This document shows, piece by piece, positions 12,881 through 21,979 of a stretch of DNA of 64,000 nt (positions within the stretch are counted from its first letter, which is position 1; each line of letters starts with the position of its first letter). A model generated the notes under the pieces. That model did no database searches and was not told where the DNA came from. It worked only from the letters and a program-made list of their open reading frames with translations. Source of the stretch: Chromatiales bacterium (GTDB lineage: Bacteria; Pseudomonadota; Gammaproteobacteria; SZUA-140). The position numbers and the translations under genes were made by a program. The stretch covers positions 23,886 through 87,885 of the forward strand of contig JBJHCZ010000003.1 in NCBI GenBank assembly GCA_050486285.1. The letters are read 5' to 3'.

Positions 12881-14466
12881 CAATGCGCTGTCTCGCGTCC
12901 GGTCTTTTACTGCTGCATGCCACGGCGGCCCTTGCGGCCAGCTTCACCGCGAGCGTCGATCGCCGGGAGCTGTTCGTCAACGAGCATATCGTGCTGACCC
13001 TGGCGCTGCACGACAGCGACACCCGTCTGCGCGCCGAGGGCGTGTCGCCGAACGTCGATCTGACCGTGCTGAGCGACCAGTTCGAGATCGGCATCCCGCG
13101 CGCCGACTTCCGCTTCAACATCGACCGCAACCGCGGCCGTTCGACCTCATCGATCGCCGTCGAGCTGTTTCCCCGCCGCAGCGGCCGTTTGACGATCCCG
13201 CCGTTTACCGTCGCCGGCCTGACCACGGATCCGATCATCGTCGAGGTCGTCGACCGACCGGTCGGCGCCGCGGCCGAGGCCTTCGCCGTCAGCGGCGTCG
13301 GTACGCGCAGGCTCCACATCAACGAGCAGACGATGGTGTTCCTCGATCTCTACCACCGCGTCAGCCTCGACAGCGCGCGCCTCGGCGGCACGGTCGAGAC
13401 CCGGCCGCAACGCGTCGAGATGCATCAACTGCCGCCGGAAAACCGCGTGGAGATCGTCGACGGCATCGAATACCAGGTCACCCGCACCGCCTGGGCGATC
13501 AGCCCGCTGGTGCCCGGCGACCTCCGGGTGCTGTTACCGGACATCTGGATCGAGACCCGGCAGGGTCGCCAGTGGCGACTGCCGTTCTCGGAAGAACGCA
13601 TCGATGTCGTGCCACTGCCCGCCTCCGCGCCGCCGGACCTCATCATCGGCCGGCCTGTGGTCGGCTTCGAAGTCCCCGACGAGGTCGCGACCGGGCGCAT
13701 GACGCCATGGGCGCTGACGCTGCGCGCGCCGACGGCGCTGAACGCGCTGCCTTCGGTCCTGCCGTTCGGCGACCACGACGACTCGCTGCGGATCTTCATG
13801 GAACCGCCGGAACGCCGGCTGGAGCCGCGCGCCGACGGCGGCATCGACAGCATTGCCGTCTATCGCGGGGCGCTGATGGCGCTGGCGCCGGGGCTGGTCT
13901 CGCTGCCGGCGCTGGACCTGGCGTGGCTCGACCCCGACAACGGCCGCATCGAAATCCTGTCGGTGCCCGGACGCCCGCTGCGCATCAGCGGGGCGCCGGT
14001 GGCAGAAGGCGCGCCCCCCGCAGTATCGATGGCTGTCCGCGGGACCAGCACGGAGACACGCCTCTGGCAGGCGGTCTCCGCCCTGCTTGCGCTCTCATGG
14101 CTTGTCGCCGGTTTCCTCTGGTGGCGTCGGGTGCGCGGCAGCACGCCGATGCCGAAACCACGGTCTCCGGCGCGCGACCCGCTGCAGGCGTGCCTGCTCG
14201 ATGCGCTGGACTCACAAACGCTGGAACAGGGCCTCAGGCACTACGAGGCCGCGTATGGACCCGACGGAGAACTGCGCGCGGTGATCCGGGCAGTCCAGCG
14301 CCGCCGCTATCACCCGGGCGCCGCCGAAGCCCCTGCGGACCTCGAAAGCCGCGTCGACCGGCTCGTTGCCCGCCTGCGCCGCGCACCGCCCCCCGCGCCC
14401 GCCGGGGAACAGGACGCATGGTCCCCCCGCGCCTTCACGCGCGGCAAACCCGCCAACGGGGACTGA
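12874..14466 (+). CDS. BatD-like protein (oxygen-tolerance family)
   Basis: Signal peptide, a large periplasmic domain and a TM helix near residue 390. ATGGTAG overlap with the BatB stop. Confidence 0.65.
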   Translation: MVAMRCLASGLLLLHATAALAASFTASVDRRELFVNEHIVLTLALHDSDTRLRAEGVSPNVDLTVLSDQFEIGIPRADFRFNIDRNRGRSTSSIAVELFPRRSGRLTIPPFTVAGLTTDPIIVEVVDRPVGAAAEAFAVSGVGTRRLHINEQTMVFLDLYHRVSLDSARLGGTVETRPQRVEMHQLPPENRVEIVDGIEYQVTRTAWAISPLVPGDLRVLLPDIWIETRQGRQWRLPFSEERIDVVPLPASAPPDLIIGRPVVGFEVPDEVATGRMTPWALTLRAPTALNALPSVLPFGDHDDSLRIFMEPPERRLEPRADGGIDSIAVYRGALMALAPGLVSLPALDLAWLDPDNGRIEILSVPGRPLRISGAPVAEGAPPAVSMAVRGTSTETRLWQAVSALLALSWLVAGFLWWRRVRGSTPMPKPRSPARDPLQACLLDALDSQTLEQGLRHYEAAYGPDGELRAVIRAVQRRRYHPGAAEAPADLESRVDRLVARLRRAPPPAPAGEQDAWSPRAFTRGKPANGD

Positions 14467-14546
14467 CCCCGTCGAGGCCCCCTCGTGAATCTGCTGCCTG
14501 TGTTTGTTTTCGAGCCTCAGTTCCGTGTCACGGTTTCGTACCACAG

Positions 14547-14820
14547 CCGTTGTCGGCGTCTGCCGTCCATGACACGCGTGAATACGTCCCTGTAGCTCAC
14601 GGCCGCATCCCTGCGGCCGAAGGTCATGGACGGCAGACGCCGACAACGGCTCGAGAGTGCGTGCAGGTGGTCGGGGCGGTTCGTCGCGGACCGCGGCACG
14701 ACCCTGCCGAGCCGCAGGTGGTTGTCGCTGTCCAAGACCTTCCGGCCGCAGGACGCGGCCGGGGAGCGTACAGGGATGTATTAACAGCGTGTCATGGACA
14801 GCGACAACCACCTGCGGCTC
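14547..14820. repeat. Two adjacent long inverted repeats: 28 bp perfect (14547-14574 / 14623-14650) and 30 bp with one mismatch (14709-14738 / 14791-14820)
   Basis: Both right arms begin GTCATGGAC. Loops are ~48 and ~52 nt. Located in the convergent gap between batD and the dsbA-like gene. Confidence 0.6.
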
Positions 14821-14889
14821 AACCACAGACGTCGGATCACTGGAAATCCCGCGGAATAAAGTCAGGCGGTCAGGCAGAAGTTCGCTGGG

Positions 14890-15519
14890 TTAGCGCGCCG
14901 ACAGTTCGCGGTCGACGAGCCAGTCGACGATCTCGATCAGCATCTCCGCATTGCGCGCCATCGTCGCATCGACACGATACTTGCCGTTGACGACGAAACT
15001 CGGCGCGCCCTGGATCTCGTAACGGCGGCTCATCAGCTGGGCATTGCGTACCCGCGTCGCCGCCGCGCTGCCGCGAAACGCAGTGAGGAAGCGCGTGCGA
15101 TCGATGCCCTGCTCGGCAAAGAAATCCGCCATCAGCGGCTCACTGTCGAGCTGCCTGCCGTGTCGATGCAAGGCGGTGTAGATCGGGCCATGCACGCGGT
15201 CGAGGACGCCGAGGGACTCGGCCGCGAAGTAGGCGCGCGCATGGAAGACCATGTGACCGCCGACCACCGCCGGCATGCGCCGGAAGGTCACGCTGTTGCC
15301 CCGTGCCACGAGCCAGCGTTCCAGCGCCGGCTGCACGACAAAGCAGGTCTGGCAGTCATACCACAGGAACTCGATGACCTCGACGGTACCCGGCGCCGCC
15401 TCGACCGGTTGCGGCGGCTCGATCAGCTTGTAATTCATGCCCTCGATGAAGCCGCCGGCGGCGTGGACTTGCAGCGACAGCAAGAGCGCGCCGAGTAGCA
15501 GTGCGATTTTCCGTATCAT
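14890..15519 (-). CDS. DsbA-family thiol:disulfide oxidoreductase
   Basis: Start MIRKIALLLGALLLSLQVHA (signal peptide). Thioredoxin-like CxxC in WYDCQTCF. The longer 368-aa ORF start is rejected. Confidence 0.7.
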   Translation of the reverse strand: MIRKIALLLGALLLSLQVHAAGGFIEGMNYKLIEPPQPVEAAPGTVEVIEFLWYDCQTCFVVQPALERWLVARGNSVTFRRMPAVVGGHMVFHARAYFAAESLGVLDRVHGPIYTALHRHGRQLDSEPLMADFFAEQGIDRTRFLTAFRGSAAATRVRNAQLMSRRYEIQGAPSFVVNGKYRVDATMARNAEMLIEIVDWLVDRELSAR

Positions 15520-15538
15520 CGTTATGGCCGTCAGGTCG

Positions 15539-16300
15539 TCAGTTGATGTCCCGGACCGGGATCGTGATCTCGGCCCCGGCGGCGCCGTCACGGTCGGGCA
15601 GGTTGCGCTCGACCCATTCGCGGGTCCTGCGCTCGATCCACTCGGCCTCGTGCTCGGGTAGCGGCCCGCGGGCCAGCCTGGTTTCCCACTCCCACAGCGC
15701 CGAGCGCGCGCGGCGGACATAGGGGTCATCCGGGGAGGCGAGATGGATGTAGACGCGCATCGCCCCGAGCGCGCCTTCGAGATCGCCGAGCTTCTCGAGC
15801 GCGACCGCGAGGCCCCAGTAGGCATTGCCGAGCCAGGGATCGAGGTCGGTCGCGGTGTGGAAGAAGTCATGCGCGCCGCGATAATCCTCGAGGCCGAGCA
15901 GCGTATAGCCCATGTTCGCGTGCGCCTCGGGCAGGCGCGGCGAAAGCTGGAGCACCCGGTGCAGCGCGACCATCGCCTCGTCGAAGCGCTGCGCATGCAA
16001 CATCACGACGGCCTGCTGGAAACGCATGTCGATCTCGGCGAGGCGGTCATCGGCAGGCGGCTCTGCCGGCGAGGGCAGCGGCATCAGGTCGACGACCCGC
16101 GCCGGTTCCGTCGTCGCGCGCGGGCTTCCCGACATGACTGCCATGTCCATCGGCGTCACGATCCGCTGCGGCGTCAACTGCGCGGTCTGCAGCAGGGACT
16201 TCAGATCCGGGGCGGCGGCGAGCATGAACACGGTGCAGGCAATGACGCCGACCAGGCTCATCGACACCGCAGAGATCGACGACTCGTGGGAGTGCCTCAT
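15539..16300 (-). CDS. Membrane-anchored TPR-repeat protein; possible apocytochrome chaperone (CcmI/NrfG-like role is inferred)
   Basis: Start MRHSHESS overlaps the ccsA stop (ATGA). One TM helix is followed by TPR-like helices (EAHANMGYTLLGLEDYRGAHDFFHTATDLDPWLGNAYWGLAVALEKLGDLEGA). Confidence 0.6.
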   Translation of the reverse strand: MRHSHESSISAVSMSLVGVIACTVFMLAAAPDLKSLLQTAQLTPQRIVTPMDMAVMSGSPRATTEPARVVDLMPLPSPAEPPADDRLAEIDMRFQQAVVMLHAQRFDEAMVALHRVLQLSPRLPEAHANMGYTLLGLEDYRGAHDFFHTATDLDPWLGNAYWGLAVALEKLGDLEGALGAMRVYIHLASPDDPYVRRARSALWEWETRLARGPLPEHEAEWIERRTREWVERNLPDRDGAAGAEITIPVRDIN

Positions 16301-17154
16301 ATGACCCCCTTGTGCGCGGCCTCGCTGTAGAACGGTGTGCCGAAATAGGTGAAGAACGCGAACGCGAACACACCGACGATCGCCATCGCGCCGAGCCTCG
16401 GATGCAGATTGTAGGTCAGGCGGAGGTGGATCAGGCCGGCCATCATCAGCCAGTTCAGAAACGACGAGGTCTCGAGCGCGTCCCAGGCCCAGTAGCGGCC
16501 CCAGGCATCCTGCGCCCACACCGCGCCGGCGATCAGCATCAGGCTGTGGAACACCAGCGCCAGCAGCATGAAGCGCCAGGCGACCGTATCGAGGATACTG
16601 TCGGACGGCATCTGCCGCAGCAGAAAGCGGAAGCCGCGCACGCCGCGCAACAGGATGATGCCGGCCAGTCCGGTCGCGATCAGGCACAGGCCGAGAAAGA
16701 CCTTGCCGAAGCCGACATGGGCCCACAGCCAGTTATGATAATAGGTCGGCGGATAGGGGCTGGCGGCCGGGTCGAGGGTCAGCACCCAGATACCCATCAT
16801 CCACAGCACCGGCAGCACGACGATGACGGTCGGCCGGATCAGCGGTACGCGCCAGTAGGCGATCGTGTAGATCAGGCCGAGGCTGAACAGCTGGCTGATC
16901 AGCAGTTCGAACAGGTCGACGAAGGGACCGTGGCCGACGCGGAGCCAGCGTTCGGTCAGCGAGACTGCGAGCAGCAGCACCGCCGACGCCAGCAAGGCGA
17001 GGACGTAAGGTTCATGGCTGCGCGAGAAGGTCAGCGCAGAAACGCCATTGTTGGCGCGCAGCGCGCCCTGCGCGGCAAATACGGTCGCCAGCGCGTACGC
17101 GGCGAGACCGGCATACAGCCACGGCATCTCCGCGACCATCATCTCTTCGCTCAT
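16297..17154 (-). CDS. ccsA: System II cytochrome c biogenesis protein CcsA/ResC
   Basis: Polytopic membrane protein with the WGRYWAWDALETSSF WWD motif and conserved His residues. Confidence 0.85.
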   Translation of the reverse strand: MSEEMMVAEMPWLYAGLAAYALATVFAAQGALRANNGVSALTFSRSHEPYVLALLASAVLLLAVSLTERWLRVGHGPFVDLFELLISQLFSLGLIYTIAYWRVPLIRPTVIVVLPVLWMMGIWVLTLDPAASPYPPTYYHNWLWAHVGFGKVFLGLCLIATGLAGIILLRGVRGFRFLLRQMPSDSILDTVAWRFMLLALVFHSLMLIAGAVWAQDAWGRYWAWDALETSSFLNWLMMAGLIHLRLTYNLHPRLGAMAIVGVFAFAFFTYFGTPFYSEAAHKGVI

Positions 17155-18179
17155 GGTGTTTTACCTCCGAGTTGCGCGGCGGCCTTCTTGCGCGCGGCCT
17201 CCTGGGCCGCCGAGTAGACCTGGATCGCGCCGAACTTGCGCCAGAAGTGCGCCGCCAGACCGAACACCGCGATCATCGACGCAAGAAACAGCCAGTGCAG
17301 CGTCTGATCGTAGTAGATCCGGTAACCCATCCAGCCGGCCAGCCGCTCGAAGCGCAGGAAGCCGCCATCGATGCGCGCCGTCTCGCCGGGCTGTAATTCA
17401 ATGCGGTCTTCGCCGGCGCGCACGACGAGGACGCCCTCGGAGGCGCGCGGATCGAGGCGCCAGCTCGCGTCCGGATCGATGCCGGTCTCGAGTTGCAGCC
17501 AGAACCGGATCTCGTCCTCTGTGCCCTCCGGCGTCCAGCGATTCGCCTGCCGATGCTCGAACAGCGGATAGGACGGCATGTGCACCGAACCCGTCACCGG
17601 CATGCCGCCGTCGGGGATCCAGGTCAGCACCGCAGCGAAGCCCTTGTTGAACGTCGTATAGAAACGGTAGCCCTCTGCCCGCAGCGGGGTATCGTCGCCG
17701 ACGACCCTGTGTTCCCAGCCGCCGCGGCCGTCGGGCACCCTGATCTCGCTGCGCGTCGCGCCCCGCGACATCCCGACCCGGTAATCGATCGTGTACGGTC
17801 CCTGCACGAAACCGACGCGGTCGAGGTCGCCGCGATGCCAGGGTCCCGCGCGCACGTTGATGATCTCGTCGGCGTGGAAGGAGTCGCCCTCGGTCAGTTC
17901 GACGTTGGCCTCCATCATCGTCATGCGGCCGATCGCCGCGAGTACGGCGATCGCGAGCAGACCGAGGTGAAACACCAGCAGGGCGCCGCGGCGGTTGATG
18001 CGCGGATTGGTGATCACCGCCGCGAGCAGGTTGACCGCGAGCAACGTCATCGGCGCCGCCAGCACCCAGGTCGGCGTGTCGACCGGGTTGTCGTAGTTGA
18101 GCGCAGCGCCCACGCCCAGAAAGGCCATGCCGAACAGGGTCAGCCGGGTCGAGGCGAGACTGCGCAGCGCCGCGCTCAT
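17151..18179 (-). CDS. ccsB: System II cytochrome c biogenesis protein ResB/CcsB (short form)
   Basis: Start MSAALRSLASTRLTLFGMAF overlaps the multiheme cytochrome stop. N-terminal TM helices, a large periplasmic domain and a C-terminal TM. Located immediately upstream of ccsA. Confidence 0.75.
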   Translation of the reverse strand: MSAALRSLASTRLTLFGMAFLGVGAALNYDNPVDTPTWVLAAPMTLLAVNLLAAVITNPRINRRGALLVFHLGLLAIAVLAAIGRMTMMEANVELTEGDSFHADEIINVRAGPWHRGDLDRVGFVQGPYTIDYRVGMSRGATRSEIRVPDGRGGWEHRVVGDDTPLRAEGYRFYTTFNKGFAAVLTWIPDGGMPVTGSVHMPSYPLFEHRQANRWTPEGTEDEIRFWLQLETGIDPDASWRLDPRASEGVLVVRAGEDRIELQPGETARIDGGFLRFERLAGWMGYRIYYDQTLHWLFLASMIAVFGLAAHFWRKFGAIQVYSAAQEAARKKAAAQLGGKTP

Positions 18180-20905
18180 GGGATGTTGATGCAGGCCTCG
18201 TTGCTGTTCATCATCCAGTCGACGCCGACAATGTTGTTGCCCGGCGGACCGGATGATCCGCAGTGCGCATCCAGCCATTCGCCGCTGCGCGCGAAGCTCC
18301 TGACCTTGAGCGCGGCGCCGTTGTAATAAGGCGCCCGGTAGAAACGCCCGGTGCCGGACGGCGCGAAGCCCTGGTAACGCACCTGGGTACCGGGCTCCAT
18401 CTCGGACTCGAGACCGATATCATTCAGGTTCACGAGGAAGGCCTTGTTCTTCCAGCCATGCGGAATCGACACATGGCAATAGGTGCAGCGGAAGTTGTTG
18501 ACGACCGCGGCATGGCCGATGTGCAGGTTGACGCCGAGGAACTGCAGGCAACCGCCGCCGCCGACCGCGCGGCGGAAGCCGCTCGCGAGCACCTGCGGAT
18601 CCGGCGCCAGCGAAGCGCGCGCGTAGTTCTTCGGATCGTGGCAGCGGAAGCACAGGTGATTGTTGGGATCCGCCTCGTTGGCGAAGTTCGTCGTCAGGGT
18701 GCCGGTCTGGTCGCTCCAGTTACCCTTGAGGATGAAGTTCTCGTTCGAGCCGTGCGGACCCCACGGCGCGCCATGCTCGCCGCCCATCGGCACGACGGTA
18801 TCGCCCATCGTGCCCGACCCGTGGCAGTCGGAGCAGTACATCGTCTGATTACCGACCGCGCTGCTGAACGGCTGGCGCCAGACATCGGGATTTGCCCCGC
18901 GCTCATTCGGCGTGCGCCCGGTCCGGAGCATGACCGGGTGCCAGGAACGGTGGTTCCAGGTGACGAAGTCGACGCAGTTGCCCTGCGGGTCGATGTGCCC
19001 ATTGATGATCTGTGGCACACCGTTCGGGTCGGTCACCTGAAGATTGCACGCTGCGCCCTCCTCATAGGCGCCGGTCGGCGAGGAGCGCGTGAGGCCGCTG
19101 ATATGATCCGGCGGCGACTGGAACTCCATCGCCTGGTTCGTGTAATGCAGCATGTCCGGCGGCGTGCTCGGCGTCCCCGGCGGCGTCAGGCCGGTGGTAT
19201 AGCCGAGCGGCGGCGGCGTGTCATAGGCGTAGTTCGAATGGCATTTCAGGCACAGCTGATACTCGCGCGTCAGGTAAGGCGCGCTGACGGCATCGCTGCC
19301 GCCGATGCCGGGGTCGCCGCGCTTGACCTGGAAGTCGATCGGATTCGAGCCGAAGCGGGTGCTGGCATAGACCGGTTCGACGCCCCAGATACCGCGCAGC
19401 ACGCCCGAGGCAATGTTGCTCGGCGGGATACCCGGCGTATGTTCGTGCGTACCGGCCTCGCCGGGCACGGTCGGATCATCGTTGAAGCGGCGATTGCGGA
19501 TCACGCGATGCGGATTGTGGCAGTCGGTGCACTCGGCATGGCGGTTGTGCAGGCCGCCGAGACCGAGCAGTTCACGCGACTCGACGAAGTCCTGGCCGCG
19601 CCGGTCGCCCTGGGTCGCGGAGTCGCCGGTGCCGATGCTGTGGACCTCGTGGCCGGCGAGCTGGTGATCGCTCGAGATCGGCATGTGACGCGCGAGCGTC
19701 GTGAAGTCGGTCTTGATGTCCGGGACCTCGAAGGCCGGATTGGTGTTCGGGCTGATCTGCCCCTGCAGCGTCTGCGCGGTCGGCGGACCGACGGCAGGAT
19801 CGCCGTGGCAGGAGTAGCAGACATATTCGACCGCCGGCCGTCCGCCCTGGCGGAACTGGCCGCCGGTCTCGGGATCGGTCAGCAGCGGTCCGTCGGTGCC
19901 CTCGCGCAGCAGGCGGCGCGCGCCCTGCACGGTATGCGGATCGTGGCAGTTCAGGCAGGCCGCCTGCCAGACCTGGATGTTGCGCGGGAACTCGCGGATG
20001 TCGGCCGCGGAATCGGTGTAGCGCTCGATCGCGACGCCCGGATGCGCATGCGCGGAATCGACCCAGCCGTCCTTGTCATGACAGGCGAGGCAGATGATGT
20101 CGTTGCGCGGATCGAACTGCCCCTGCACCGGCGGCTGGACCTGGAAGCGGTTCGCGCGCAGGAACTTGATGTTCTCGCCCGGCACCTCCGAGCGGATATG
20201 CGGATCGTGACAGGTGATGCACTCGAGCTTCGGCCCCGACCCGTCGGCGTCGCGCTCGAGCGGCAGGAAGTCGCCCTGCGGCATCGCGACCGGCCCGCCG
20301 CGCACGCGCTCGCCGACCCAGGACACGGTGACGGGATCGAACAACTCGCCGTCGCGCGCGGCCTGCGCGCTGTCGTAGGTGAACGAGATCGGGTGATCGT
20401 TGGTCAGGTCGATGCCGAGATAGCGGGTGAAGCCGGTGTCGCGACCGAGGCCTTCCGGGATCGTGCCGCCGGGACCGGTGCCGCGCATCGGCACCGTAGT
20501 ATCGACCTGGCGGTTCAGCACGTTGACCGAACCGAGCGCGATGGTGCCGTCGTGACAGGACAGGCACAGCTTCGAGCGTCCGGTCGGCTGGCCGAGATCG
20601 GTCGCATCGATCGAGGTCGAATCGAACGGGATATAGGTCGCGCGCGACAACTGGCGGTTCCACAGCGGCGCATTGTGCTCGGGCGTCGCGCCGTGCGGCG
20701 TATGGCAGAAGGCGCAGATCTGGGACTCGCTGACTGCGGACGCGCGGCGTTCGATGCCGGCCGGCGCGATGGTCGCAGAAAAATTATGGCGGGTGTTCGA
20801 GATGTCGGAGATCCGCGGCGGACCGCCGCCGGCCCAGACGACAGCGGCCGCGCCCCACAGCAGGGCAAGGACGACCGTCGCCGATACCAGCCGCGGGTTC
20901 ATCAT
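18176..20905 (-). CDS. Undecaheme c-type cytochrome (909 aa) with an N-terminal paired-CXXCH module
   Basis: Eleven CxxCH motifs: CAFCH, CLSCH, CITCH, CLACH, CLNCH, CYSCH, CTDCH, CLKCH, CSDCH, CFRCH, CTYCH. Signal peptide present. N-terminus SNTRHNFS...ICAFCHTPH...CLSCHDG is paralogous to the 29261-30100 protein. Confidence 0.9.
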   Translation of the reverse strand: MMNPRLVSATVVLALLWGAAAVVWAGGGPPRISDISNTRHNFSATIAPAGIERRASAVSESQICAFCHTPHGATPEHNAPLWNRQLSRATYIPFDSTSIDATDLGQPTGRSKLCLSCHDGTIALGSVNVLNRQVDTTVPMRGTGPGGTIPEGLGRDTGFTRYLGIDLTNDHPISFTYDSAQAARDGELFDPVTVSWVGERVRGGPVAMPQGDFLPLERDADGSGPKLECITCHDPHIRSEVPGENIKFLRANRFQVQPPVQGQFDPRNDIICLACHDKDGWVDSAHAHPGVAIERYTDSAADIREFPRNIQVWQAACLNCHDPHTVQGARRLLREGTDGPLLTDPETGGQFRQGGRPAVEYVCYSCHGDPAVGPPTAQTLQGQISPNTNPAFEVPDIKTDFTTLARHMPISSDHQLAGHEVHSIGTGDSATQGDRRGQDFVESRELLGLGGLHNRHAECTDCHNPHRVIRNRRFNDDPTVPGEAGTHEHTPGIPPSNIASGVLRGIWGVEPVYASTRFGSNPIDFQVKRGDPGIGGSDAVSAPYLTREYQLCLKCHSNYAYDTPPPLGYTTGLTPPGTPSTPPDMLHYTNQAMEFQSPPDHISGLTRSSPTGAYEEGAACNLQVTDPNGVPQIINGHIDPQGNCVDFVTWNHRSWHPVMLRTGRTPNERGANPDVWRQPFSSAVGNQTMYCSDCHGSGTMGDTVVPMGGEHGAPWGPHGSNENFILKGNWSDQTGTLTTNFANEADPNNHLCFRCHDPKNYARASLAPDPQVLASGFRRAVGGGGCLQFLGVNLHIGHAAVVNNFRCTYCHVSIPHGWKNKAFLVNLNDIGLESEMEPGTQVRYQGFAPSGTGRFYRAPYYNGAALKVRSFARSGEWLDAHCGSSGPPGNNIVGVDWMMNSNEACINIP

Positions 20906-21975
20906 GCCTCACCCAGAAATTGAAAAATCATGATGCGACCGTTGAATGCGTCGGCGACGTAAATCCGGTCGCGGCGGTCGGTCCAGACCCCCGCCGGGAG
21001 ATAGAACTGGCCTATCCCGCTGCCGGTACCCCCGATCGGTAAAAGCAATTCTCCCCGTTCGGTGAATACTAACAGATGGTCATAATAGGATTCCACCACA
21101 TAAACCAGCCCGTTATCGTCGACCGCCACCCCCTTCGGCCGCGGCAGATCGCCGACAAACAGTCCGCGCCGGCCGAACTCGCGGATGAAGCCGCCGTCGG
21201 CGTCGAAGATCTGCACGCGCGAGTTGAGCGTATCGGTCACGTAGAGACGGTCCCCGGCGAAGGTCAGGTAGGTCGGCGCGTTGAATTCGCCCGGGGCCTC
21301 GCCGCGGTGGCCGAACACGCCGATGAACTCGCCGTCGTCACTGAAGATCTTGATGTCGTGGGCCTGCGCATCGGCGATGTAGAGTCGCCCTCGCGCAGCG
21401 TCACGCGTAATCCCGACCGGTCGCGAGAACCGGCCGTCACCGATGTAGCCGACCGGCTCGCCGTTGCGATCCAGACGCACGACGCGCCGCAGTCCGGCAT
21501 CGACGACCAGCACCTCGCCGTTGGCGCCGGGGCTGATGCTGACCGGGGTCTGAAAGCGCAGGCCGCGGCCGGCGGCCTCCCACACATGCAGCCTGCCAGC
21601 CTGCTCGTCGAACACGAACACCGCGGAACGACTGACGTCGGTGATATGGATCCGGCCGTCCTCGCCGACGAAACCGCTCTGCGGGCGCTGCAGCACGACC
21701 GGCGCGCGCTTGCCGCTGACGAAACCGACCATCCATGCCAGGACGCGACTGCCGAAGTTCGGCTGATTGGCGCGGGGGAGATTCTGCTCGCCGGTCAGTT
21801 GCCCGACCAGTCGATAGCGCGGCGGATCGGGCGGCGACGGCCAGACATGCTGCTCCGCCTGGGCTTGGTATTCGTAGGTGAGCACGCCCGGGCCGGTGCC
21901 GGCGCAGGCCGCGAGCAGCCCCGCCGCCAGCACCACCGCGACCTTCCCTGTGCCGGTTGACGAGGCTGTGCGCAT
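20902..21975 (-). CDS. NHL-repeat (six-bladed beta-propeller) lipoprotein
   Basis: Lipobox LAAC. Repeated R/G-x-x-G-xx-GEF motifs typical of NHL blades (GEAPGEFNAPTYL, GSGIGQFYLPAGV). Confidence 0.8.
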   Translation of the reverse strand: MRTASSTGTGKVAVVLAAGLLAACAGTGPGVLTYEYQAQAEQHVWPSPPDPPRYRLVGQLTGEQNLPRANQPNFGSRVLAWMVGFVSGKRAPVVLQRPQSGFVGEDGRIHITDVSRSAVFVFDEQAGRLHVWEAAGRGLRFQTPVSISPGANGEVLVVDAGLRRVVRLDRNGEPVGYIGDGRFSRPVGITRDAARGRLYIADAQAHDIKIFSDDGEFIGVFGHRGEAPGEFNAPTYLTFAGDRLYVTDTLNSRVQIFDADGGFIREFGRRGLFVGDLPRPKGVAVDDNGLVYVVESYYDHLLVFTERGELLLPIGGTGSGIGQFYLPAGVWTDRRDRIYVADAFNGRIMIFQFLGEA

Positions 21976-21979
21976 CGCG

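Noticed and set aside
18263-20923. 886-aa plus-strand ORF and other plus-strand ORFs (21878-23794, 23514-25202, 26327-28147, 30222-32516) across the cytochrome cluster
   Set aside because: All are antisense to ORFs with CxxCH motifs, signal peptides or beta-barrel termini. None has recognisable motifs. They are high-GC stop-codon-poor frames.
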